40,648 nucleotides of DNA from Candidatus Phoenicimicrobium oleiphilum (GTDB taxonomy: Bacteria; Atribacterota; Phoenicimicrobiia; Phoenicimicrobiales; Phoenicimicrobiaceae): NCBI GenBank assembly GCA_039638295.1, contig JBDIWJ010000011.1, forward strand, positions 1 to 40,648. Direction: 5' to 3'. Of this stretch, positions 9,934 through 19,127 are shown piece after piece (the stretch's first letter is position 1; the number at the start of each line of letters is the position of its first letter). The translations under genes and the position numbers were made by a program. The notes below the pieces were generated by a model, which worked only from the letters and a program-made list of their open reading frames with translations, did not search any database and was not told where the DNA came from.

Positions 9934-10020
9934 ATTTATTATCAAGGTAGGAGATAAAATTGTCAAAGAAGATTATCTTCTTACTTCCTCTTCCCAGGTT
10001 TAACTATTTCCGATTATAGG

Positions 10021-10055
10021 TGGGGGGGTAGAGAGAGATTTTTTCTCTACACCCA
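10021..10055. terminator. Hairpin downstream of dapL (possible terminator)
   Basis: GGGGTAGAGAGA...TTTCTCTACACCC inverted repeat; weak U tract. Confidence 0.4.
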
Positions 10056-10082
10056 TATAATAAAAAGTAAAGTAAAAAATGT

Positions 10083-11252
10083 TTATTTTCGGGTAATATC
10101 AGCTTTCTCCAATCTTTCCACTGCTTCTTCTAATCTTTCTTTTTCCACAGTTAGGGCAATTCTTACATATCCCTCACCGTAATCACCATAGCCAATTCCT
10201 GGAGTTACAATAATTCCTGTCTTTTCTAATAAAAGATTAGCAAATTCTATAGAGCTCATTTTGTTTAAAGTGGGAATCCAGATATAAAAAGTAGCTTTGG
10301 TCGGCTTGATATTCCATCCTAATTTATTCAATCCTTTGATAACTATATCTCGTCTTTGAGTATAAATCTGATTCATCTTTTCTATATTATCCTGAGGTCC
10401 AGTTAATGCTTCGATACCAGCTTTTTGAATAGCCTTAAAGACACCTGAATCAATATTACTTTTAACGATAGAGAGAGCGGAAATAGCTTCTTTATTTCCT
10501 ACTGCAAAACCCAATCTCCAGCCAGTCATATTATAAGTTTTGGATAGAGAATGAAATTCAATTCCTACCTCTTTAGCTCCATCTACCTCTAAGAAACTGT
10601 TGGCTTTATACCCATTAAAAGTCATCTCCGAATAGGCAAAATCATGACAGACCAAGATATCATATTTTTTAGCAAATTTTACCACCTTTTCAAAAAAATC
10701 TTTATTGGCAACAGCAGCAGTAGGATTGTTAGGGTAATTGATAAACATTAATTTAGCTCTTTTGGCAATCTCTTCATCTATCTCTTCTAAATCCGGTAAA
10801 AAATTATTTTCTTCTAGTAAAGGCATAATGTAGGGAAAACCATTAGCAAATAGAGTACCTGTTTTATAGACCGGATACCCGGGGTCAGGAATAAGGCTAA
10901 AATCTCCAGGGTCAATAAAAGCCAGAAAGATATGAGCTATTCCCTCTTTGGAACCGATTAAAGCCATTACTTCTTTATCTGGGTCTAAGTCAATTCCAAA
11001 CCTGTTTTTGTACCATAGTGTAACTGCTTGTCTGAATTCAGCGGTCCCTTGATAGGGAGGATAATTATGAGTTTTTGGATCTTTAACACTTTCTCGCAAT
11101 TTTTCGATTATATGTGAAGGGGTAGGTTGGTCAGGATCACCTATTCCTAAGTTAATAATATCGACTCCTCTTTTTATTGCTTCTTCCTTTTTCTTATCAA
11201 TTTCAGCAAACAAATAAGGGGGGATAGTTTCTATCCTTTGGGCTATCTTCAT
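10083..11252 (-). CDS. dapL: LL-diaminopimelate aminotransferase (DapL2-type, class I PLP)
   Basis: [11 protein letters not shown]-terminus, [40 protein letters not shown]; last gene of lysine operon. Confidence 0.9.
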   Translation of the reverse strand: MKIAQRIETIPPYLFAEIDKKKEEAIKRGVDIINLGIGDPDQPTPSHIIEKLRESVKDPKTHNYPPYQGTAEFRQAVTLWYKNRFGIDLDPDKEVMALIGSKEGIAHIFLAFIDPGDFSLIPDPGYPVYKTGTLFANGFPYIMPLLEENNFLPDLEEIDEEIAKRAKLMFINYPNNPTAAVANKDFFEKVVKFAKKYDILVCHDFAYSEMTFNGYKANSFLEVDGAKEVGIEFHSLSKTYNMTGWRLGFAVGNKEAISALSIVKSNIDSGVFKAIQKAGIEALTGPQDNIEKMNQIYTQRRDIVIKGLNKLGWNIKPTKATFYIWIPTLNKMSSIEFANLLLEKTGIIVTPGIGYGDYGEGYVRIALTVEKERLEEAVERLEKADITRK

Positions 11253-11326
11253 TGAATATTTCTCCTTTCGTTTTTACAATTTTAACGACTTCTTTATAGC
11301 CAATCTACCCCTCATTATACCAGATA

Positions 11327-12229
11327 TTACACCAAATTTTTAATTAATTGTTCTCTTTCTCCATATAATAAATCAATAATTGGAATTTCTATTAAGGTAT
11401 AACATCCAGGTTTTTGTTTTTGGGAAGCCCGAGCGGCGCAGGTTAGAATTTGAGCAGTAAGGGCCGGATTATTTATTTTCATATTAAACTCAAATAGTTG
11501 GTTATGAGACTTTCCTGAAACTCCTTTTCTCTCCATTTTTACTCCATGACCCATATCCATTAATTTATTAACCTCATCAACCTGAATAACATGAGTTTCA
11601 TCATGGACAAAATATTCGTCAGTTTTTATAGCTGAGGCAACTTCTTTAAAGGAGAAACCTCCTTTTAGTTCTACATATACCATTCTTCTATGGACGCCTG
11701 TCCCCAGAGGGATAGTTAATGATAAAGCATTTTTCACTCCAGGGATGGATTTTACTGCGGTAGAATGTCCCATACTCATCCCGGGGCCGAAATTGGTATA
11801 AGTAATACCTTTAGGAGCCATTGCCTGAAATAATCCCCGGACTACTGAATCAGTTCCTGGATCCCAGCCAGCTGAGATTATAGCTACCGCATTATTTTTT
11901 TGGGCAACAGTTTCAAGTTCCTTTTTAAGTTCCCAAATATTGGTATGGATGTCATAGCTATCGACCGTATTTATTCCCAGAGATAATATTTCTCGGGCAA
12001 ATTTAGGAACTTCCCTGCTGGGTGCACAAATGATAGCAACATCTATTTCCCCTAGTTCCTTAAGGTTAGAAGTTACTTTAGTAGTGCTAAGTTCTAAGGG
12101 GGTATTAGAGATAGAAGAGGGCCTTCTTACCACTCCAGCTAACTCAAAATCAGGCGCCTCTTGCACAGCGTCCAGGACATATCTTCCGATATTTCCGTAT
12201 CCTACAATGGCTGTTTTAATTTTTTCCAT
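11327..12229 (-). CDS. ddh: meso-diaminopimelate D-dehydrogenase
   Basis: IVGYGNIG, NTVDSYDIH, GWDPGTDS, TYTNFGPGMSMGHS. Confidence 0.95.
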   Translation of the reverse strand: MEKIKTAIVGYGNIGRYVLDAVQEAPDFELAGVVRRPSSISNTPLELSTTKVTSNLKELGEIDVAIICAPSREVPKFAREILSLGINTVDSYDIHTNIWELKKELETVAQKNNAVAIISAGWDPGTDSVVRGLFQAMAPKGITYTNFGPGMSMGHSTAVKSIPGVKNALSLTIPLGTGVHRRMVYVELKGGFSFKEVASAIKTDEYFVHDETHVIQVDEVNKLMDMGHGVKMERKGVSGKSHNQLFEFNMKINNPALTAQILTCAARASQKQKPGCYTLIEIPIIDLLYGEREQLIKNLV

Positions 12230-12377
12230 TTTTTCTTCCTTTCTTAATTAAATTATTTTTCTATATAGATTAATGATTATTTCCCAAAAAGCCAAAAATA
12301 CTTTCGATAGATTATGTATGTATTACGCTACTGTTAATTTTATAGCAAATTATGACTTTTGGGCTTATAATTATTTT

Positions 12378-12545
12378 GTAGGGGCACAATGAATTGTGCC
12401 CTCACTCTAATTGCTTTATTTTTCCTGTGGGCACGATACATCGTGCCCTACTGTACACTTTTGTTTACTTTTTGGGTTTCAATCATTAATGAAATTTATT
12501 TTTTATGTTGATTATTTTCTACGGGTTCGATGAATCGTGTCCCTA
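12378..12545. repeat. Cluster of GTAG-type REP-like palindromes (inverted doublet plus degenerate third copy)
   Basis: GTAGGGGCACAATGAATTGTGCCC (12378-12401), GGGCACGATACATCGTGCCCTAC (12429-12451), GGGTTCGATGAATCGTGTCCCTA (12523-12545). Confidence 0.75.
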
Positions 12546-12594
12546 TCTTCTAACTCTTTTCTTGTTACTCATCACTCATTAATTATTACTGTTA

Positions 12595-13395
12595 TTATAT
12601 CTTCAATACATCTTTCATTTCATAAAAACCTGCAGGTTTGCCTTCCATAAATTTTATAGCCTGGATGGTACCATAAGCAAAAGTATCCCGGCTGTGAGCT
12701 TTATGAGTAAGTTCTAATCTTTCACCTAAGGAAGTAAACATCACCGTATGTTCACCGCAAATATCCCCGCTTCGAATCGAGTGGATACCAATCTCTCCCC
12801 TTTTTCTTTCTCCAATTATTCCTTCTCTGCCATAGACTGCTACTTCATTCAGATTCACCCCTCTGGCATTTGCGATTTCCTGAGCTAATTTTTTCGCTGT
12901 TCCACTGGGAGCATCTTTTTTAAACCGATGATGGGCTTCTACAATTTCTATATCATAATCATCGCTCAAAGAAGCAGCGGTTTTAGCCACCAGTTTAAAT
13001 AGTAGATTTACACCTAAAGACATATTTGGTGAGAGAAGAAAAGGAATGCCTTGAGATAATTTATTGATTTCTTTGATTTCCTCTGAGGAGAACCCGGTAG
13101 TCCCTATAATCATAGTCTTTTTATATTTTGAGACAACTTCCAGATGTATAAGAGAAACTTGGGGATTGGTAAATTCAACTATCTGATCAGCACTTTGAAT
13201 TATCTCTTCTAGATTGTCTTTAATAATTATTCCAGTTTCTCCTAATCCTACTACTATTCCCCAATCCTTTCCCTTCTGGGGATGAGAAGGGGATTCAATT
13301 ATACCTACTAATTTCATATCTTCGTTCTGATGAACTAACCGAGCGACTGTGGAACCCATCTTCCCGCAGCCGCCACAAACAATGACCTTAATCAT
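12595..13395 (-). CDS. dapB: 4-hydroxy-tetrahydrodipicolinate reductase
   Basis: GGCGKMG, IGTTG, EAHHRFKKDAPSGTA; ATG 13395 follows GGAGG in dapA 3' end. Confidence 0.97.
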   Translation of the reverse strand: MIKVIVCGGCGKMGSTVARLVHQNEDMKLVGIIESPSHPQKGKDWGIVVGLGETGIIIKDNLEEIIQSADQIVEFTNPQVSLIHLEVVSKYKKTMIIGTTGFSSEEIKEINKLSQGIPFLLSPNMSLGVNLLFKLVAKTAASLSDDYDIEIVEAHHRFKKDAPSGTAKKLAQEIANARGVNLNEVAVYGREGIIGERKRGEIGIHSIRSGDICGEHTVMFTSLGERLELTHKAHSRDTFAYGTIQAIKFMEGKPAGFYEMKDVLKI

Positions 13396-13399
13396 TTTA

Positions 13400-14284
13400 T
13401 TATTCCTCCAGTAAACCAAATTTTATTAGGTCTGCCTTTAATTTAGCAAGATTATTTTCACTCATTGGACAAAGAGGTAATCGTAACTCGCCAGAAGGCA
13501 ATCCTATTAACTGGGCACTAGTTTTAACTGGAATAGGATTAGTTTCATAAAACATAGCATTACTTAAGGGATAAATTTTTGATAAGAAAAGTTCTTTAGC
13601 TTTTTGATAATTCCCTTCTTCGTAGTATTTTATCATTTCAGCCACATCTTTCGGTATAATATTAGCAACTACGGAAATGACTCCCTTGCCTCCGATGGAT
13701 AGCACAGGAAGCAATAATTTATCGTCTCCAGAAAGAAGGGTAATTTTTTCTCCGCATAATTCAACTATTTGTGTCATCTGTTCTAAATTTCCACTGGCTT
13801 CTTTTACTGCTACGACATTTTTTAGTTCTGCTAATTCTGCTAATGTTTCAGGCAACAAATTAACTCCAGTTCGAGAGGGGACATTATAGATGACTATAGG
13901 TATGTCTATTTCTTCTGCTATCTTTTTAAAGTGCAGATACAATCCCTTTTGGGTGGGTTTATTATAATAAGGGGTGATTATCAGGGCTCCATCTGCTCCT
14001 ACTTCTTTAGCATGAGAAGTTAGTTCTAAGGCCTCTCGAGTGCAATTGGAGCCAGTTCCAGCAATTACCGGAACTCTCCCTGCTACTGCTTTAACGGTGA
14101 TTTCCACCACTTTTTTATGTTCCTCATGAGAAAGAGTAGGGGATTCCCCGGTAGTGCCACAGGGGACAATACCATTGGTCCCATTTTTGATATGAAACTC
14201 CACCAATTCTTTTATTCCTTGTTCATTGACTTCTCCACTCTCGGTAAATGGGGTAATCATAGCTACTAAAGATCCTTTAAACAT
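13400..14284 (-). CDS. dapA: 4-hydroxy-tetrahydrodipicolinate synthase
   Basis: GTTGESPTL, PYYNKP, YNVPSRTG, KEASG, ETNPIPVK. Confidence 0.98.
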   Translation of the reverse strand: MFKGSLVAMITPFTESGEVNEQGIKELVEFHIKNGTNGIVPCGTTGESPTLSHEEHKKVVEITVKAVAGRVPVIAGTGSNCTREALELTSHAKEVGADGALIITPYYNKPTQKGLYLHFKKIAEEIDIPIVIYNVPSRTGVNLLPETLAELAELKNVVAVKEASGNLEQMTQIVELCGEKITLLSGDDKLLLPVLSIGGKGVISVVANIIPKDVAEMIKYYEEGNYQKAKELFLSKIYPLSNAMFYETNPIPVKTSAQLIGLPSGELRLPLCPMSENNLAKLKADLIKFGLLEE

Positions 14285-14304
14285 TTTTTAATCCTCCTTT
14301 TTTA

Positions 14305-14652
14305 TTTAGTCGTTAGTTAGTCGTTAGTATTAGTTACCTAGTTACTTGGTTAATTAGTTAGCTAGTTTAAAAGACTAAACCACCAACCCGCTAAAAAATT
14401 TAAAGCGAAAAACTCAAAACCATAAACTTGTATATCGTATTGTGGTATCGTGTTTACTCCCCCCTCACCCTAACCCTCTCCCTCGGAGGGGAGAGGGAAT
14501 AAAGGATCAGTATATTTTAATTTATTCCATATACTATGAGTATATAATACGATATGCAGACTTATTATGAATACCGACTCCTGGCTCCTGAATTCTATTT
14601 ATTTCCGAGATACGATTCACGAGATACGAGATACTAAATACGAGATACGAAT
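14305..14652. repeat. Repeat mosaic between lysC and dapA
   Basis: TTAGTCG heptamer/octamer array 14305-14368, CCCCTCACCCTAACCCTCTCCC..GGGAGAGGG hairpin 14461-14498, TACGAGA heptamers 14606-14650. Confidence 0.75.
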
Positions 14653-14668
14653 TTGGTTTACGCTAAAT

Positions 14669-15913
14669 TCAGTTAGTAACCACAATCCCTGCTTCTTGTA
14701 ACGATTTATTGATTATATTATAGGCAAACTCTCTGTCTTTCCATTCCAGGAATATTAAAATATCGGTTTTTATTGTAGTCATTTCAATTATATTTATATT
14801 ATTTTGAGCTAAGGGTCGGGTAATCCTCTCAATAATTCCTGGTGTTTCAATAAAATCCCTGCTTCTGGCTATTATTAAAGCAACATCATTTTTTAAAGTA
14901 ACTGACTTTAATCTTTCATCTTCAATTACAATTGGATGAATCAGGTCATAAGATTGCTGAGCATAATTCTCTGTAACATAAATTCCAATATGTTTTGTAC
15001 CGATGGAAACTCCATATAAACTAATATGATTATCAGAGATAGGGGTAATTATCTTTTTTAATAATCCTGGAGTATTAAATATTTCAGTTCCCAGGATAGT
15101 TAACATAGTAAGTTTTTCTTTAAAAAGGATTAATTTACTTTTAAAAGCCCCTATTATTTCTGTCCCTTCTGCAGATAAGTCTCCCTTTTGAAAATGTATG
15201 ATTTTTGCTTTCATCTTGTCTGTTTTATATTTTAAAGCTTGGGGGTGTAGAACTTTTGCCCCGCCTTCAGCAAGGATCCCCATCTCTTCCACACTTATTT
15301 TTTTTAAAGTTATAGGCTCTTTTTCTTTTATTATGCGAGGGTCAGCACTTAAGACTCCTACTGCATCGGTTACTATAATCACTTCATCTGCTTCTATAAA
15401 GTTTCCTAAAGCGAAAGCAGTGATATCGCTTCCCCCACGACCTAAAGTAGTTATACTGCCATCTTTATAGCTTCTACCTAAGAAACCGCATACTATAGGA
15501 ATAATACCTTTCTTAAGCAGTGGGTCGATTACTTTCTGACACTTTTTTTTGGTTTCCTCAGAAAGTATTTTAGCTTGACTAAAATTATCATCAGTTATTA
15601 TAGGGAAATCCTTATCTGCGGGGTCAAAATATTTGGCTGAAAATCCCATAGATCTAATAGTTGTTGATAAAAGTCGTGCACTTATTCGTTCTCCCATAGA
15701 GACAAAGTCAGCATAATCTTTGTCTTCAATACGATCTTTAGCAGAGTCTTTAAGCAAAGAAGTTAAGATATCAGTAGTATTTCCCATTGCTGAAACAACT
15801 ACTACTACTTCATCCCCTTTTTCTGCTTGTTGAATAATTGATTGGGCAGCTTTTTTAATTCTTTCTGGATTCTGAACACTTGTTCCGCCAAACTTTACTA
15901 CTAATCTATTCAT
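14669..15913 (-). CDS. lysC: Aspartate kinase with two ACT-like domains
   Basis: VVKFGGTSV, VVVVSAMG, SMGE, TTLGRGGSDITA, GAKVLHP. Confidence 0.95.
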   Translation of the reverse strand: MNRLVVKFGGTSVQNPERIKKAAQSIIQQAEKGDEVVVVVSAMGNTTDILTSLLKDSAKDRIEDKDYADFVSMGERISARLLSTTIRSMGFSAKYFDPADKDFPIITDDNFSQAKILSEETKKKCQKVIDPLLKKGIIPIVCGFLGRSYKDGSITTLGRGGSDITAFALGNFIEADEVIIVTDAVGVLSADPRIIKEKEPITLKKISVEEMGILAEGGAKVLHPQALKYKTDKMKAKIIHFQKGDLSAEGTEIIGAFKSKLILFKEKLTMLTILGTEIFNTPGLLKKIITPISDNHISLYGVSIGTKHIGIYVTENYAQQSYDLIHPIVIEDERLKSVTLKNDVALIIARSRDFIETPGIIERITRPLAQNNINIIEMTTIKTDILIFLEWKDREFAYNIINKSLQEAGIVVTN

Positions 15914-15963
15914 AAAACTTCACCTCTATATTTAAATCATTTTTTAATGTACCCATTACTTTG

Positions 15964-17283
15964 TCATATATCATTTCTTATAATATCTTCATAAGTTTCT
16001 CCTTTTACTATTAATCTATCTTCCCCTTGGTTAACTAAAATTACAGGTGGTCGGAGAAGTCGATTATAATTACTGGACATAGAATAATGATAAGCCCCGG
16101 TAGTAAATACTGCTAAAAGGTCTCCCACTGAAGTTGAAGGAAGTTTCAAATCCTTTATTAAAATATCTCCTGATTCACAGCATTTTCCTGCAATAGTAAC
16201 TACTTCTTCAGGTAGATTGCTGTTTATTTTATTTACCAAAACTGCTTCATATTTTGCACCATAAAGAATAGGTCGAGGATTGTCTGCCATACCCCCATCT
16301 ACAATAAGGTATTTTCTAATTCCCGGTATTTCTTTTATTGCTCCAATTGTATAAAGAGTAACTCCTGCTTCTGCCACTATAGACCTCCCTGGCTCTACTA
16401 ATATCCTGGGCATTATCAAATTGTTTTCTCCTATTTCCGTTATAAGATTATCTACAATTAAATTTACAAAATTTTCAATGGAGGGAGGTTGGTCAGATTC
16501 AAGGTATTTCACTCCTAATCCCCCACCCAAATTTAGGTTAGGGGTATCCATCCGCCAACGGTCTTTTATTTGTTTAATAAGTTTTACCATTTCTTTAATA
16601 GTTAAGATATAAGGAGATAGATCAAATATCTGGGAACCAATATGACAATGCAGACCCTGATAAATAATGTTTTTCTTAGAAAGAACTCTTTCCATAACAT
16701 CAGGAACTTTATCTATACTTATGCCAAATTTTGAATCTATTTGCCCAGTTTGAATAAATTGATGAGTATGAGTATCTACTCCCGGCGTTACCCGGAGAAT
16801 TATTTTCACCTTTGTATTTAATTTTTCTGCAATTTGATTGATTAAGCCAAGTTCATATTCATTATCTACCATTATAGTCCCGATTTTTTCTTTTACTGCA
16901 AATTCTATTTCTTCTTGGGATTTGTTATTTCCATGGAAGAAAATTTTATCTGACGGAAAGCCTGCTGAAAGAGCAGTATATAATTCTCCACCAGAAGCGA
17001 CATCTAAACTTAAGCCTTCTTCCTTTAAAATATTACACATCGCTTTAACCAGAAAGGCTTTGCCAGCATAAATTACTTCAAAGTCAACGTTTCTTCTGGA
17101 AAAAGCAGAAGTATATTGGCGACATTTATTTCTAATTATGCTTTCCGAAAAGAGATAGCAGGGAGTCCCGTATTTCTGGGCTAATTTTATAAGTTCACAT
17201 TGGTCAAAGGCTAAATTTCCAGAATTATTTAGGGAAAAACCGTCCCGATAAATTTGAGGTATTATGTTATTTTGATTATTCAT
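15964..17283 (-). CDS. lysA: Diaminopimelate decarboxylase
   Basis: YAGKAF (PLP Lys), DVASGGEL, HCHIGSQIF, EPGRSIV, GKCCESGD. Confidence 0.98.
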   Translation of the reverse strand: MNNQNNIIPQIYRDGFSLNNSGNLAFDQCELIKLAQKYGTPCYLFSESIIRNKCRQYTSAFSRRNVDFEVIYAGKAFLVKAMCNILKEEGLSLDVASGGELYTALSAGFPSDKIFFHGNNKSQEEIEFAVKEKIGTIMVDNEYELGLINQIAEKLNTKVKIILRVTPGVDTHTHQFIQTGQIDSKFGISIDKVPDVMERVLSKKNIIYQGLHCHIGSQIFDLSPYILTIKEMVKLIKQIKDRWRMDTPNLNLGGGLGVKYLESDQPPSIENFVNLIVDNLITEIGENNLIMPRILVEPGRSIVAEAGVTLYTIGAIKEIPGIRKYLIVDGGMADNPRPILYGAKYEAVLVNKINSNLPEEVVTIAGKCCESGDILIKDLKLPSTSVGDLLAVFTTGAYHYSMSSNYNRLLRPPVILVNQGEDRLIVKGETYEDIIRNDI

Positions 17284-17404
17284 CTATTCCTCCTTAAAAT
17301 AGTCGTTAATCGTTAGTATTTAGTTTTAAATTACAATGTCAGTTGCGAGTTAATTCAATCTGTCAGCCATATTTAATTTGTCAATATGTTATTTCCATAG
17401 CTTA

Positions 17405-17430
17405 TGTCATTCCCGCGAAAGCGGGAATCC
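17405..17430. repeat. GTCATTCCCGCGAAAGCGGGAATCC palindrome (dRS3/RPE-like)
   Basis: 25 nt identical to 38017-38041. Confidence 0.8.
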
Positions 17431-17500
17431 GGAATTAAAGGTATAAGAAGTTTTGATAGATCAAATCCTTACATTTGTATAGATAGGTAATCCAAATTCA

Positions 17501-17545
17501 TAAATAAAAAAGGCAATTGATAAGCACTATACTCATCAATTGCCT
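17501..17545 (-). terminator. Lysine riboswitch expression-platform terminator
   Basis: Minus strand AGGCAATTGAT...ATCAATTGCCT followed by TTTTTTATTT. Confidence 0.85.
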
Positions 17546-17589
17546 AAAAATTAATGGACAATTAAATATACCCCCGTTTTTCTCATTAG

Positions 17590-17774
17590 ATGAGATAGCG
17601 CTCCACCAGAAATTAGGGTAAAGTTTCTGGTGACAGTCTTATGGTTCTTCACCATAAGCCCAGTGTAAAGACTAGAGCAATCCTCTTTACACTTCGGCGA
17701 GAATACCTTTCCTGATGAATCACAGATGCTCATCTCCTCATCAGTACTTATTATTGCTCGCGCCTCTACCTCAC
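17590..17774 (-). ncRNA. Lysine riboswitch (L-box)
   Basis: Minus strand GTGAGGTAGAGGCGCG..AAGTA..GAAAGG..CGCCGAA..TGGG..ACTGTC..GGAGCGCTATCTCAT, all conserved L-box elements in order; upstream of lysA. Confidence 0.95.
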
Positions 17775-17811
17775 TTAAGAAAAAGTGAGGTGTATATATT
17801 AAGTTTTTAAT

Positions 17812-17840
17812 AAAATAACATATCTATTAAAAAAAGTCAA
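17812..17840 (-). promoter_or_regulatory. sigma70-type promoter of the lysine operon leader
   Basis: Minus strand TTGACT-17-TATTTT with TG extended -10. Confidence 0.6.
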
Positions 17841-17846
17841 AATTTT

Positions 17847-18848
17847 TTAAATTTTTATCCCCATTTTGAAGATTAAGAAAATTCCCAGAAAATATCCGAT
17901 AAAAATTAACCAGCCGGCTGCCCCTAAATTAAATACAGATTTTTTTGGTCTATATACTACACTAGCAATAGCAATACTGGTGAGGATTATAGCTATTAAA
18001 GCACTAATAATATGTTGTGGGGAGACTACGCTTAGAATTGGTGGGCCATCGTAAAATATATCTGAGAAGAAAGGTATGGTCATATTGAGGATATTCGCTC
18101 CCAGGACAATACCTACTGCCAGGTCATAAGCTTTTATTCTAATAGCCGCAAGGGCGGTAACTAATTCTGGTAAAGAAGTAACGATGGCTAACATTATAGT
18201 TCCCATAAAAGTTGTTCCCCAACCTGTAAGTTCTGCCAAGCTATTAGCAACTTGTGCTAATTTTATGGCAGTAAAGATTATTATTATGGCTGCTATTGAA
18301 AATTTTACATTAGTTACAGGCAAAGAATAAGCAGCATAATTTTCTTCAGGGACTCCCAGGACATCATCGGGTCTATTTTTTTTACTATATCTAAATATTA
18401 CCATAATGCCTAAAAAATACAGGATTATCAAAATTAGAGAATCTATGCCCACACCTACAAACATAAGTGATGGTTTTATTAGTATGCTCAAGGCGGCAAT
18501 TGCACATAGAAATATTCCCAAAATGGCAGTTAGAATTTGACCCGTGGTTACTTCTCTAAGTAGTGGTCCGGGACCATGGGCAAAATCTGCTATAGCGATA
18601 ATTAATAAATTAAACATAATGCTTCCAAAGATATTTCCAATAGCTAAATTGGGAGCGTTGATCCAGGCAGCACCAGAACTTGAAGTAATTTCAGGAAGAG
18701 ATGTAGCTAAAGGGATTAAGGCGGCCCCAATCCAGACCCTTCCCCATCCAGTCTTTTCGGCAATTATATCTCCATAACGAGTTAGTTTAGTTCCTGCAAA
18801 AATAATTATTAGAGCGCATATTAAAAATAAGAGCCATAAATTAAGCAA
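17847..18848 (-). CDS. Sodium:calcium antiporter family (YrbG/CaCA) membrane protein
   Basis: Two alpha repeats ATSLPE..AIGNIFGS and VTSLPE..AVGIVLGANILN; hydrophobic; TTG start after GGAGG. Confidence 0.88.
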   Translation of the reverse strand: MLNLWLLFLICALIIIFAGTKLTRYGDIIAEKTGWGRVWIGAALIPLATSLPEITSSSGAAWINAPNLAIGNIFGSIMFNLLIIAIADFAHGPGPLLREVTTGQILTAILGIFLCAIAALSILIKPSLMFVGVGIDSLILIILYFLGIMVIFRYSKKNRPDDVLGVPEENYAAYSLPVTNVKFSIAAIIIIFTAIKLAQVANSLAELTGWGTTFMGTIMLAIVTSLPELVTALAAIRIKAYDLAVGIVLGANILNMTIPFFSDIFYDGPPILSVVSPQHIISALIAIILTSIAIASVVYRPKKSVFNLGAAGWLIFIGYFLGIFLIFKMGIKI

Positions 18849-18969
18849 ATGTATTATATTCCTCCTGAAGCTGAAGTGTTTTTATAACTTAAAAAATTAT
18901 AACATTTCCTTAAAGGGTAATCAAACGAAATTAGTATTGCTACATTGTGGGAAAAAATTAAATTTAGAG

Positions 18970-19127
18970 GTAGGGGCACGATGTATCGTCCCCATAATTG
19001 CCAGAGAATCTTTTTGTTTTTTACTTTTTAGCTTAACAAGCAGATTGCCACGCTCGCCTTGCTCGCTCGCTGAGTTTTGAATTATGATTTTAATCGGTAG
19101 ATTGGTAAATCGGAGAATTGGTGAATT
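18970..19127. repeat. Repeat mosaic in divergent intergenic region
   Basis: GTAG REP GTAGGGGCACGATGTATCGTCCCC (18970-18993), AGATTGCCACGCTCGC..CTCGCTCGC (19042-19070), AATYGGWR octamers (19092-19127). Confidence 0.7.

Noticed and set aside
14305..14652. Possible CRISPR array in repeat-rich gaps (also 36593-36850, 12378-12545)
   Set aside because: Units are 7-8 nt tandem or isolated palindromes; no constant 25-40 nt repeat with regular unique spacers and no cas genes
17551..17733. 60-aa minus-strand ORF
   Set aside because: Lies almost entirely within the lysine riboswitch aptamer and expression platform
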